Assembly (NCBI GenBank): GCA_033763315.1
Contig: JANRKS010000002.1
Coordinates: 256,001-320,000 of the forward strand
DNA length: 64,000 nt
Direction: 5' to 3'
Source of the DNA: Deltaproteobacteria bacterium
GTDB taxonomy: Bacteria; Myxococcota_A; Polyangia; Fen-1088
The position numbers were made by a program, and so were the translations under genes. A model generated the notes under the pieces. The model was not told the DNA's origin and did no database searches. It saw only the letters and a list, made by a program, of their open reading frames with translations. Shown piece after piece: positions 31,932 to 41,660 of this stretch; position 1 is the first letter of the stretch; the number at the start of each line of letters is the position of its first letter.

Positions 31932-32321
31932 TTAGGCGGAGAACGAACTGCCGCAGCCGCAGGTGCTCTTCACATTCGGATTCTGGAACTTAAAGCCCGC
32001 GCCGTGGAGGCCTTCAACGTAATCGATCTCGGTGCCCATCAAATACATCAGGCTCATCTGGTCGCAGATGATCTTGACGTTGTTGGCCTCAAAGTGGTGA
32101 TCGGTGTCTTGCGCTTGATCGAAGTAAAGGTCGTAAGTGAAGCCCGAGCAGCCACCGCCCACAACTTTGACGCGCAGGAAATAGCTCTCCTCGATGCTCT
32201 CCTCAGCGCGGATTTCACGAACCTTGTCGGCCGCGCCGGCCGTCAAAGTCACGAAGACGGGTGCTTCGTCGGAAGGCGTTACAGAAGGGCTGGCAACAAC
32301 GGATTCGGCTGTGGCGGACAT
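31932..32321 (-). CDS. erpA: A-type Fe-S carrier (ErpA/IscA)
   Basis: VGGGCSGFTY, FQNPNVKSTCGCGSSF. Confidence 0.92.
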   Translation of the reverse strand: MSATAESVVASPSVTPSDEAPVFVTLTAGAADKVREIRAEESIEESYFLRVKVVGGGCSGFTYDLYFDQAQDTDHHFEANNVKIICDQMSLMYLMGTEIDYVEGLHGAGFKFQNPNVKSTCGCGSSFSA

Positions 32322-32586
32322 GATTTATCGGCTCCTCAAAGTGTGTGTTTCGTTTGGATGCGGCCGGGGCAAGACCGTCTCGTCAAAAACACCCAAACTA
32401 TACTCGATTATATCGGTTTGTCCGCGCCCACCCACGAGGGTGCGGTGCCGGGGCGGTCTAGGTGGCGCGCTGCGGCTAGGGGCGAGCGTTGCGGCTGCCG
32501 GAATCCCAAGCGGTGCAACGGCATCCTAGCCGACACGCGGGCCTCGTTGCGACCCGCGGCACCACGCGCTAGGAAGGGCGCCTCCC

Positions 32587-33765
32587 ATGGCCACGTTTTC
32601 GAGCTTACTCAAAGACATCAAAACCCAGATTCGCGAGACAGACGTTCCCTCGGTGAAGGAAGTCGTCTCCGCCAAAGCCAAAGCGCCCGCGGGCGGTCCC
32701 GTTCTCATCGACGTGCGCGAGAAGGACGAATATCTGGAAGGATACATCCCGGGCGCCAAGTGGATCCCCCGCGGCTTCCTTGAGTTGCGTGTGGAAGAGC
32801 AAGTGCCCGAGAAGAACACGGAAGTGATCCTCTACTGCGCGGGCGGCACCCGATCAGCGCTGGCCGCAAAGTCACTTGAGGCGTTGGGTTACACAAACGT
32901 GTCCTCAATGGCGGGCGGCTTCACAGCGTGGAAGCGCGCAGGCCTCGCGTTTGATCGCCCTTACGTGATGACGCAGGATCAAGCGATCCGTTATTCACGC
33001 CACACGATGCTGCCCGAAGTGGGTGAAGCGGGTCAGGTCAAGTTGCTCAAGTCAAAGGTGCTGGCCATCGGCGCTGGGGCGTTAGGCTCGCCCGTTTCGC
33101 TCTACTTGGCCGCCGCCGGCATTGGCACTTTGGGCATTGTCGACGACGACACGGTGGATGCGTCCAACCTGCAGCGACAAATCGTTCACGCCACGGACCG
33201 TTTGGGTACGCCAAAGGTGGAATCAGCGGCCAAGACGATCAAGGGTTTGAACCCAGACGTCAACGTTGTGCAGTTCAAGGCGAGGCTTTCGTCGGAGAAC
33301 GTGCTCGACATTATTAAAGACTTTGATGTCATCGTGGATGGCGTCGACAACTTTCCGACGCGTTATCTGCTCAACGACGCGGCTTTGAAGCTGAACAAGC
33401 CCGTCATTCACGCGAGCATCTACCGCTTCGAGGGCCAGGTGACGTCATTCATTCCCGGGGTCGGCCCTTGCTATCGTTGCCTCTATCCTGAACCCCCGCC
33501 CGCCGACATGGCGCCGTCATGCCAGGAGGCGGGCGTGCTCGGCGTTCTTCCTGGCGTCGTGGGTGTGCTGCAGGCCACCGAGGCCATCAAGATCATCTTG
33601 GGCCTCGGCAAGAACCTGGCGGGCCGCTTGATCATGTACGACGCGCTGAACACCAAGTTCCGTGAAATGAAGCTCCGCCGCGATCCTTCTTGCCCGACGT
33701 GCGGCGAAGGCGTTGATCGGTCGAAGATCGAGCTCATCGATTACGAACAATTCTGCGCTGTGTAA
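32587..33765 (+). CDS. moeB: Rhodanese-MoeB/ThiF fusion (sulfur-carrier adenylyltransferase)
   Basis: N-terminal rhodanese YCAGGTRS; RYSRH, GAGALGS, SNLQRQ, CYRC, CPTC. Confidence 0.9.
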   Translation: MATFSSLLKDIKTQIRETDVPSVKEVVSAKAKAPAGGPVLIDVREKDEYLEGYIPGAKWIPRGFLELRVEEQVPEKNTEVILYCAGGTRSALAAKSLEALGYTNVSSMAGGFTAWKRAGLAFDRPYVMTQDQAIRYSRHTMLPEVGEAGQVKLLKSKVLAIGAGALGSPVSLYLAAAGIGTLGIVDDDTVDASNLQRQIVHATDRLGTPKVESAAKTIKGLNPDVNVVQFKARLSSENVLDIIKDFDVIVDGVDNFPTRYLLNDAALKLNKPVIHASIYRFEGQVTSFIPGVGPCYRCLYPEPPPADMAPSCQEAGVLGVLPGVVGVLQATEAIKIILGLGKNLAGRLIMYDALNTKFREMKLRRDPSCPTCGEGVDRSKIELIDYEQFCAV

Positions 33766-33888
33766 AAGCCCTTTAACGTTTGGTTTGTGAGGCCGATGGC
33801 CGGCGAGGTTGTGTCTCCCACGAGGGGGCTCAGCCTCGTTGCATTTGTGGCCGCGGCTAATCGATTTTGTGATATTTACACCCACCCC

Positions 33889-35037
33889 ATGCCCAAGATA
33901 TTTGTTCCGAAAGAAACGCAGGCGGGCGAAACGCGCGTGGCCGCCACACCTGAAACCGTAAAGGCTTTCATCAAAGCCGGGCTTGAAGTCGTTGTGCAAG
34001 CGGATGCCGGGCGCGCCTCGCACATGCTGGATCGCTCTTACGTTGAAGCGGGTGCGCGCATCGTCGATGCGCCCTCTGCGGAGTGGGCACAAGCGGACAT
34101 GATCTTGAAGGTCAACGGTCCCACGCCCGAAGAGGCAGCGTCGATGAAGTCCGGGGCGATCTTGGTTTCGTTTATCTCGCCTCACAAAAACCTGCCACTG
34201 GTCAAAACTTTGGTGGCCGGCAAGGTCACCACACTGGCGATGGAACTCGTGCCGCGTATCACCCGCGCGCAGAAGATGGACGCTTTGTCATCGCAGGCAA
34301 GCATTGCGGGCTATAAGGCTGTGCTCATCGGCGCGAGCCGTTTGGGTAAATACTTTCCGTTGCTGATGACCGCAGCGGGCACGGTGCAACCGGCGAAGGT
34401 CGTGATCATGGGTGCGGGTGTGGCTGGCTTGCAAGCCATCGGCACGGCCAAGCGTTTGGGGGCGGTGGTGTGGGTCTCTGACGTGCGCCCCGCGGCCAAA
34501 GAGCAAGTGGAGTCGTTGGGCGGCAAATTCATCGACCTTCCCATGGAAGAAAGCGGTGAAGGCCAAGGCGGTTACGCCAAAGAGATGAGCAAGGAATTTT
34601 TGGCCAAGCAGCAAGCGATCATCGCTGAGCATGTGGCCAGCGCCGACGTGGTGATCACCACAGCTCAAATACCGGGCAAGCCCGCGCCCCGGTTGGTCAC
34701 AGCCGCCACGGTACAAAGAATGCGCCCGGGATCCGTCATCGTTGATCTCGCGGCCGAACAAGGCGGCAACTGCGAACTGACGGAAGCCGGCCAAGACGTG
34801 ATCAAGCACGATGTGTTGATCATCGGCACCACCAATTTGCCAGCCACCATGCCGCTTGATGCGAGCATGCTTTACGCGCGCAACGTGCAGGCCTTGGTGT
34901 TGCACTTGTTGAAGAAGGACGAAGCAAGCGTCTCGTTCAACATCGACAAGGAAGAAGAAGTCACGCGCGGCACGCTTTTGACTTACGCAGGTGAAGTGAT
35001 TCACGGCCCCACAAATCAAGCCCTTGCCAGCGCGTAA
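33889..35037 (+). CDS. pntA: NAD(P) transhydrogenase alpha subunit part 1 (domain I)
   Basis: ETRVAATP, RAQKMDALSSQ, GAGVAGL, GGYAKEM, VDLAAEQGGNC; no TM part. Confidence 0.92.
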   Translation: MPKIFVPKETQAGETRVAATPETVKAFIKAGLEVVVQADAGRASHMLDRSYVEAGARIVDAPSAEWAQADMILKVNGPTPEEAASMKSGAILVSFISPHKNLPLVKTLVAGKVTTLAMELVPRITRAQKMDALSSQASIAGYKAVLIGASRLGKYFPLLMTAAGTVQPAKVVIMGAGVAGLQAIGTAKRLGAVVWVSDVRPAAKEQVESLGGKFIDLPMEESGEGQGGYAKEMSKEFLAKQQAIIAEHVASADVVITTAQIPGKPAPRLVTAATVQRMRPGSVIVDLAAEQGGNCELTEAGQDVIKHDVLIIGTTNLPATMPLDASMLYARNVQALVLHLLKKDEASVSFNIDKEEEVTRGTLLTYAGEVIHGPTNQALASA

Positions 35038-35040
35038 TCG

Positions 35041-38000
35041 TTAATGAGTGGATGCGCTGGCGGCGAGCCCCGCGAACAGATCCGCAAGCTCGCCGTTGCT
35101 TAGCCCTTCGAGCAACCCAGCGGGCATCATTGACGTGTCGGCAGGCGCGCGGCTGGCGATGTCATTGGTCGACAACCGCACCAAGGCTTCCGGGCCCGTG
35201 CGCAAGATGAGGCGATCGGGGCCTTCGTATACAACCAATCCTGTGAGGGTTGATTGATCGTTCAAGGAGACTTGCAGCGCGCTGTAGGCGGGGGCCACAT
35301 CCGCGGAAGGAAACGCGATGGCGGTCAACAAATCCTCGCGCGACATGCGCGTGGTTACGCCTGAAAGCGACGGTCCCAGCGGATGGTCGCCGCCGTGGCA
35401 CGACAGGCAAGCGCGGGTCGCCAGCAGGACTTTGCCCTTCGCTGCGTCGCCGGCTTGCCAATTCACGACGCGCAGCCGATTCGCCCAGGCCGCGGGGTCG
35501 CCGCCTGCGTCTTGCACGGCGGACGCGAAGTCGGCGTCGTGTGCCGCCATCCAGGCAAACACGGGCCGGTAGGCTTCTTGAAGCGCTTGGCGTGTTTGTG
35601 CGCCATTCGCAACCGCGAAGCGTTGGCCGGTGTTCGCGGAAAGCAACGCCAGGGCCTGGTTTCGCAACGCTGGCGCCGCCGCGGCGTCAACAAGCTTGCG
35701 CAGATAGAGCGCCACCGCGCGGGATGTCTCTGGCCGCTTGTCTGGCGGCAAGGCGGCCAGCGCCGTCACACAAGCGTCGCGCACGGGTGCGGCGAAGGAA
35801 GCCAAGCCTTGCACGAACCGCGCTCGATCTTGAACGCTGGGGTGCGCCGCCAACACAAGCACGGCCGCGTCCCGCAGGTCTGGTGTGTCTGCCAGAGCGC
35901 GCACCCGCCCTTGATGTTCTTTCTGCGGCAGTTGAGCCACAAACTGCACGATGTCTTCCGACCACGGAAAAGGTCCCGTCGGCGCCATCTTCGGCAACAG
36001 CTTGCGTGCCGCGAGCGTGCGTTGTGGCGCAGGTAAGTTTTGGAACAAAGGGACCGCGGCCGGTGTGAAAGCCGCCTCCGTCTGAACGAACGTTTGCGCA
36101 AGCAAGGGATCCGAGGCAATCGACGCCGTTAGCGCCTCGCCCACACGGGCGGGCCAGTTTTGCGACAAGCGTTGCGCTTGCGGTCCCAACTTCTGCGATA
36201 GGCCAAGGTACGCACCCGCGATTGGTGCGCGCACCGATGCCGGGAGCGGCCCGTTGAGGTTGGCGATTACGAAGAGATAGTGCGCGTCGTCGGTCGCGGT
36301 GGAAGCCTCGCTGATTTGCGCGGCAAACAAAGGTGCCAGCTCGCGCGCCGGCCCGCGGGCCATGGCGGCCACGCGCGCAAGCTCGCGTTGAAACGCAGGC
36401 GAACCGGTCGTGAAGCGTTTGGCGACCAGCTGTGTGAGGCGTGCACGTTGTGTGGCCGAAACCTCACGTCGCGCGACGTACGCGCTTGCAAACTCGCTCG
36501 CCGGGGCCTCTAGCTTCCATTCGCCCATCGCAAACATCAGCAGCCGTATCGCGATGTCGTCACGCAAAGGCTCGCCCGGCATCGCCAACGCGGTGGCCGC
36601 AAGGTCGAACACGCGCTGCGCGGCGGCTTCATCATCGGCCAAGCCTCGCTCTCGGCCCGTAGGGGTGCGCCATACGGCGGCGATTTCCAACGCCAACGTT
36701 TCGGACGTGGGCGCGCTGCGATTTACAGAGGCGGCCAGCTGTTGCCACTGCGCTTGCGGCAGAAGCGACGCCAACCGCCACGCGGCCTGCCGTGCGCGCA
36801 CGTTCGAATCGATGAAGCGCGTCTTCAACGTCTGCAGGGCGCTCGCAGGCGCCTCTTGACGGCGCGCCATGGCTTCAAGCGCGGCGACACGCACGCGCGG
36901 GTCCGGGTCATCCAGCCAACGTGTCCAAATGGCGGGCGCCACCGTGCTGTGGTTCGTGCCCATGAGCCACGCCACACGCGCCCGCACTTGTGGCTCAACA
37001 TCGGTGGCCAACCGATCAACCGTGGTGGTTGGCAAGCCAGCAAACACACTTGCAGCCACTTCGATGGCGCGCACCCGGTCTGTGACCGATCGCGCGCGAT
37101 CAAGTGCAGCCCCCGCAAACGCGTCGACGCCCAGCCTTTGCGCAGCTGCATTCCAAATGGCGCGCGACCACGCACTTTGCGGTTGCGGCGCTTGCAGCAC
37201 ACCCGTCAGGTCGTCCCGGGCGTTTTGCGGCGTGGGCGCAGCGCCTGTCCAGGCGATGCGATACACACCACCGCGCGTTCCTCGGCCTCCGATGCTGACG
37301 AACAGCGATCCATCGGGCGCCACGTCCGCATCGGTGGGCGCGAAGCCATCGGTGCCCAGCGCTTCGACGATCGTTTCCAACGCGCCGGCTTTGTATGTTC
37401 CCTCTGCCGCTTGCAGCGGCAAGAAAGACAGGCGCCCAAACGTCCAATCCGCAAGGAACACGCCTTGCGTAAACCGCGCAGGAAAGGCGTTGTGCCGGTA
37501 CACAACAACGGCCGTCGGCGATCCCAAACCAAGACGAGCGACCAGTGGTGGCACGTCCGCGAACACGTCCAACCGTGCAAACGTGCGTTGCCATCCAGGC
37601 AGCAGCCACCCATGGTGGCCGGCGTAAGCGACATGATGCAACCGCGTGGGCGTGTACCAGGGCAGGCTGTAGTCGCGCTCGCCGTCCGAATCATAGACCA
37701 AGCTGTCGCCGCCCGCCGTGAAGTCAAAACGGTAAGGGTTGCGAAAACCATCAGCCACGATCCTCGGATGGCTGCCATCTTCGCCAAGCGCAACCAAAGC
37801 TCCACCGATCGCGTGACGGATCGGCGATGTGGCGTCGAAGCTGTTTAACTCGGCAACCTTCGACGAGTTAGATGCCAGGAAATAGAGTTGGCCATCTGGA
37901 CCCACCCGCGCCACGTGGCCGCCATGTTCGCCGAACTGGGCCTTCATGAGTTGTTGCGGCGCTTGCTGCAGCGGCGTGCCGGCCCCGGCAATCTTCCATA

Positions 38001-38409
38001 GGGCACCGTCGTGAAAGCTGTAAAGATCATCGCCGTCAAAGGTCAGGCCCATCGAGCCTGATTTGGTGGCCACGATGGATTGCACGCTATCCGCGCGGCC
38101 ATCGTGGTTAAGGTCGCGCAGGCGTTTGATGTAGCCAGCGCCACTGACCACCGCGTCGCCGTGGGCGTCGAACGTTAACGAGAAGATATCGTCAGCTTGT
38201 GTCGCGTCGGCGAACAGCGTGACAGCGAAACCTGGTGCCACTTTCAACCCTGGCGCCGGCGCCGGCCCCTCGGCTGGGCCTGCTTGCGCTGGTGTCACTT
38301 CTGTTTTGGCAGGCCTTTGCGCTGGCTCAACGCGTGCGCACGCTGCGAGCCATAGGCATGACAGCAAAGCACCACGCTGGAGAAAATGAATCGTTTTCAT
38401 GCGTTGCAA
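35041..38409 (-). CDS. PVC-type dehydrogenase-like beta-propeller / HEAT repeat / heme c protein
   Basis: Lipobox LAAC, APGFAVTLFA, GFRNPY, HEAT repeats, GDAAKG..CLSCH..GPSL, SMMPAGL. Confidence 0.85.
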   Translation of the reverse strand: MQRMKTIHFLQRGALLSCLWLAACARVEPAQRPAKTEVTPAQAGPAEGPAPAPGLKVAPGFAVTLFADATQADDIFSLTFDAHGDAVVSGAGYIKRLRDLNHDGRADSVQSIVATKSGSMGLTFDGDDLYSFHDGALWKIAGAGTPLQQAPQQLMKAQFGEHGGHVARVGPDGQLYFLASNSSKVAELNSFDATSPIRHAIGGALVALGEDGSHPRIVADGFRNPYRFDFTAGGDSLVYDSDGERDYSLPWYTPTRLHHVAYAGHHGWLLPGWQRTFARLDVFADVPPLVARLGLGSPTAVVVYRHNAFPARFTQGVFLADWTFGRLSFLPLQAAEGTYKAGALETIVEALGTDGFAPTDADVAPDGSLFVSIGGRGTRGGVYRIAWTGAAPTPQNARDDLTGVLQAPQPQSAWSRAIWNAAAQRLGVDAFAGAALDRARSVTDRVRAIEVAASVFAGLPTTTVDRLATDVEPQVRARVAWLMGTNHSTVAPAIWTRWLDDPDPRVRVAALEAMARRQEAPASALQTLKTRFIDSNVRARQAAWRLASLLPQAQWQQLAASVNRSAPTSETLALEIAAVWRTPTGRERGLADDEAAAQRVFDLAATALAMPGEPLRDDIAIRLLMFAMGEWKLEAPASEFASAYVARREVSATQRARLTQLVAKRFTTGSPAFQRELARVAAMARGPARELAPLFAAQISEASTATDDAHYLFVIANLNGPLPASVRAPIAGAYLGLSQKLGPQAQRLSQNWPARVGEALTASIASDPLLAQTFVQTEAAFTPAAVPLFQNLPAPQRTLAARKLLPKMAPTGPFPWSEDIVQFVAQLPQKEHQGRVRALADTPDLRDAAVLVLAAHPSVQDRARFVQGLASFAAPVRDACVTALAALPPDKRPETSRAVALYLRKLVDAAAAPALRNQALALLSANTGQRFAVANGAQTRQALQEAYRPVFAWMAAHDADFASAVQDAGGDPAAWANRLRVVNWQAGDAAKGKVLLATRACLSCHGGDHPLGPSLSGVTTRMSREDLLTAIAFPSADVAPAYSALQVSLNDQSTLTGLVVYEGPDRLILRTGPEALVRLSTNDIASRAPADTSMMPAGLLEGLSNGELADLFAGLAASASTH

Positions 38410-38490
38410 ACGGTTACATTTACGCCGTCAACGACACAAAATCACTTGCAAACGCACGTGCGCTTGGTCACCGCCGGCCCTACCTCAACG

Positions 38491-40095
38491 TTAGAGGGGG
38501 CGGGTGGATTCCTGGCGCCAATCACTCGAGCGCATGCCGATGACGTTGTAAACGTTCAGCTCTTTTTCTTTGCCTTTGACCTTGAGTGGGGGCAACCGTA
38601 CGGCGGCCACGCGGTCCATGACTTTGGCGTAGGTAAATTCCGAAACCAGCAGCTGGCCCGCCTTGGCGTTCGAGCACAAACGCGCGGCCGTATTTACGGC
38701 GTCGCCGATGGCCGTGTATTGCAGGGCGCGTGAGCTGCCGATGGCCCCCGTAACCACTTCGCCCGTGTTGATGCCGATGCCGATTTGAATCTCAGGCAGC
38801 CCTTCGGCCACGCGGATGCGGTTCCAGTCTTTGAGGACTTTAAGCATCTCAAGCGCACATTCAATCGCGCACAATTCGGCCGTGGGAATGCCCACAGGGG
38901 CCCCGAACAAAGCGATGACTTCATCGCCCACGAATTTATCCAAGGTGCCCTGGTGCGCGAAGATCACATCCACCATGATCTCGAAGTACTCGTTGAGCAT
39001 GCGCACGATCTCTTCAGGAGACGTGGTTTCGCTCATGCTCGTAAAGCCGCGGATGTCGGAGAACAGCAGCGTCACTTCGCTGCGTTGGCCGCCCTTTTCA
39101 AGCTGCAGTTTGCCCTGCACCACCTGTTCAACCAGATTGGGCGAAAGCAATCGCTGAAACTGTGCGCGGGTGCTGGCTTCTTGCTCAATCTTCTTCGCCA
39201 ACAGCGTGTTCGAGATCGCGACGGCCGCTTGGCTCGCGATGCTGCTGAAGATCTGCAGATCCTTTTCGCCGAACGCGTTTGCGGTTATCAGCGAATCGAG
39301 GTGCATGATGCCGAGCAGTTCGCCTTTGTGCAAAAGCGGCACGGTCATGGTGGAGCGGATGCCCTGAATGATGATGGAATGCGCGCCGGAAAAGCGGCTG
39401 TCCATGGAGGCATCTGAGGAAAGCACGGCGATCTTATTGGTGGTCACCTCGTTCAGGATCGAAGACGACAGCGCGATTTGTTCGGCGCGGCCATCACGTG
39501 TGCGCGCCGTGCGTGGCGTGGGCACGCCATTTTCCAGCAACAAGATCACGCCGCGATCGGCCGGCAGCAAATCAAAGGCCTTGGAGATGATCTTATCCAA
39601 CAGCACGTCGAGGTTCACTTCGAGGCCAATGGAACGCCCCACTTCATGAGCCATGCGCAATTTCTCGTAATCGCGCCGCAGAGCATCGATGTCGCTGATG
39701 CGTGCCTCCGGGAGGAACTCTTGATCCTCGCGCTGCGTTTTGATCGTTTGCCTGATCAAAGTTTCTGAAGAGTGCTCGATGGTGACTTGCTGCGCGGGGG
39801 GCGGCAGTGCGGCCTGTGCCCGGTAAACCAGCCTCACGGCGCCCATCACGATCTCGTCGCCTTCGACGAAGATGCGCTCGGTCACACGCTCGTCTTTGTA
39901 AAACGAGCCATTCAAGCTGCCTAAATCCCGAAACAGGTACCGGCCGTCAGGTTGGCGTATGACCTGGGCGTGTTCCTTCGACACGATCCGATCCAACAAT
40001 TGGATCGTGTTGTCGGGGTGGCGTCCGATCGTGGTGAACGGACCCAAATCGAAGTCTTTCTCTTCGTTGTTTGTTATGACAATGAGCTTGGGCAT
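38491..40095 (-). CDS. FHA-GAF class III adenylate/guanylate cyclase
   Basis: FHA GRHPDN..SKEHA..DLGSLNGS; GAF; FSDIRGFT, DKFVGD, GDAVNTAARL. Confidence 0.93.
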   Translation of the reverse strand: MPKLIVITNNEEKDFDLGPFTTIGRHPDNTIQLLDRIVSKEHAQVIRQPDGRYLFRDLGSLNGSFYKDERVTERIFVEGDEIVMGAVRLVYRAQAALPPPAQQVTIEHSSETLIRQTIKTQREDQEFLPEARISDIDALRRDYEKLRMAHEVGRSIGLEVNLDVLLDKIISKAFDLLPADRGVILLLENGVPTPRTARTRDGRAEQIALSSSILNEVTTNKIAVLSSDASMDSRFSGAHSIIIQGIRSTMTVPLLHKGELLGIMHLDSLITANAFGEKDLQIFSSIASQAAVAISNTLLAKKIEQEASTRAQFQRLLSPNLVEQVVQGKLQLEKGGQRSEVTLLFSDIRGFTSMSETTSPEEIVRMLNEYFEIMVDVIFAHQGTLDKFVGDEVIALFGAPVGIPTAELCAIECALEMLKVLKDWNRIRVAEGLPEIQIGIGINTGEVVTGAIGSSRALQYTAIGDAVNTAARLCSNAKAGQLLVSEFTYAKVMDRVAAVRLPPLKVKGKEKELNVYNVIGMRSSDWRQESTRPL

Positions 40096-40146
40096 CAGCC
40101 GTTTCGGCGCCAGTCTATCACGGGCTTTGCAGACGAAGGGGGACCT

Positions 40147-40578
40147 TCACCAGTCAACGCGTTTGGCGTCGGTCTCCACGTGAATGCTGTGGCGGGTGGG
40201 GTACCGCTTGTCTAGCCCCACCAGTTCAAACTGTGAGCTGTACGAGACGTCAAGGCTCACGATCTGCGGGGTCAGTTCCACCTTAACTTCGGCGTTCGGG
40301 TCGGTGACTCCCACGCGCGTCAGCGCCGTGCGGAAACTGGTTTCAAGCGCTTCCAGATCCCGGGCGCGTCGTTTGTCGTGCCGCAGGTTTAGCCGGTAAA
40401 ACTGAACCAGAAACTCCTGCATTTCACTTTTGGCATTCGATTTGAGACGGACGATCGGCCAATAGCAATACCCGGCATAACCGATGGCGCCCATCAGGGC
40501 GAACACCATGATGGACACTGGGTTAATGACGCTGGGTTTCTTGTATTTAATCTGCGCGCGAGGTTGCGGGCGCTGCAT
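40147..40578 (-). CDS. Hypothetical single-TM protein
   Basis: N-terminal TM; co-oriented with neighbours. Confidence 0.6.
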   Translation of the reverse strand: MQRPQPRAQIKYKKPSVINPVSIMVFALMGAIGYAGYCYWPIVRLKSNAKSEMQEFLVQFYRLNLRHDKRRARDLEALETSFRTALTRVGVTDPNAEVKVELTPQIVSLDVSYSSQFELVGLDKRYPTRHSIHVETDAKRVDW

Positions 40579-40582
40579 CGGT

Positions 40583-41530
40583 TTATCCTTCGGTCGTGGG
40601 GCTGGGCTTGGTCAGCACGGTGGCCAGCTGGCTACGCAGGCACACGAGCCCGATCACCATCTGCACCACAATGGCGAGCGTCCAACCCGTGATGCTTGCG
40701 GCAAACACGGCGGCCTCACCTTGCGTGCGGGTGCCGGGGGCATAGGGCAAAAATACAGCGATCATGATCGCCTGAACGGCGCCCAAGCCCTGGCCGGGAA
40801 GCGGAATGGCTGCCACGAGGAAGGAGATCGGCAGAAACAGAAGCGCCTGAAGGGGCGGCACCTTCACGCCGAAGGCATAGAGGTATAGGTAAGCGAACAC
40901 GACCAGCGACATGATGTGCGGCAGGCGCGCCGCCAACGCCTTGGCGTGGCCGGCCACCCCGGCCTCGAACAGCACGCTGAACAATTCGCGGCGGGCGATA
41001 AACGCCGGCTTGACCATTAGGAGCGCGATGTACACCGCCAGCCCGCCGTACCCGGCCCACGCCAGCACCCGCGCGGTGGCCAATGTGCCAGCGGCGCCGT
41101 CGGGTATATCTCGGCTCAGGGCCAAACCAGCGGTGGCCAAGAGCAGCAGCAGCAAGACGTTCGTGCCCATGATGAGCAGCACCGTGGCTGCCGACCTCAG
41201 CAGCGAAACGGCCTTGGTTTTGTGGAGAAAGTACGCAAACGCCCCTTGCCCCACGGCGTAGTTGACCATCGCCAGAATGTATGAGGCCCCCTTGACCGTC
41301 AGGGCCTCGCGGTAGGTGAGCGGCGCTGCAAACCAGGAAAAGGTTTTCCAGGCCGCGAACGTATCGGCCGCATAGACCACGAACACCATGCCGATGATCA
41401 CCGGCACGGTCCAGGGCGCCGCTTGTGACAAAGCTCGCCCCACTTCGGCGAGCGGGATCCTCACGAGCAAGTACACCAAGATGGCCACGGCGAAGGCCCA
41501 CGCCCCCAGGCGAACGGCGCGATTTTTCAT
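40583..41530 (-). CDS. Lysylphosphatidylglycerol synthase TM / flippase-like membrane protein
   Basis: Multi-TM; AIPLPGQGLG motif; start MKNRAVR at 41530. Confidence 0.7.
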   Translation of the reverse strand: MKNRAVRLGAWAFAVAILVYLLVRIPLAEVGRALSQAAPWTVPVIIGMVFVVYAADTFAAWKTFSWFAAPLTYREALTVKGASYILAMVNYAVGQGAFAYFLHKTKAVSLLRSAATVLLIMGTNVLLLLLLATAGLALSRDIPDGAAGTLATARVLAWAGYGGLAVYIALLMVKPAFIARRELFSVLFEAGVAGHAKALAARLPHIMSLVVFAYLYLYAFGVKVPPLQALLFLPISFLVAAIPLPGQGLGAVQAIMIAVFLPYAPGTRTQGEAAVFAASITGWTLAIVVQMVIGLVCLRSQLATVLTKPSPTTEG

Positions 41531-41660
41531 GCGCGGCCATACTCGCCGACCTTGCCGCAAACACCAAAACCCAAACGCGCCCCTGCGAAACAAAGCCCCC
41601 CGACGCCCGCTGAGAAAGTGCTGGGCGGGCGTGGGGCGGTTGAGGTACGCTGGCCTCGAA

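Noticed and set aside
33866-33883. Rex-like box TTGTGA upstream of pntA
   Set aside because: Second half-site and spacing do not fit TTGTGAA-N4-TTCACAA
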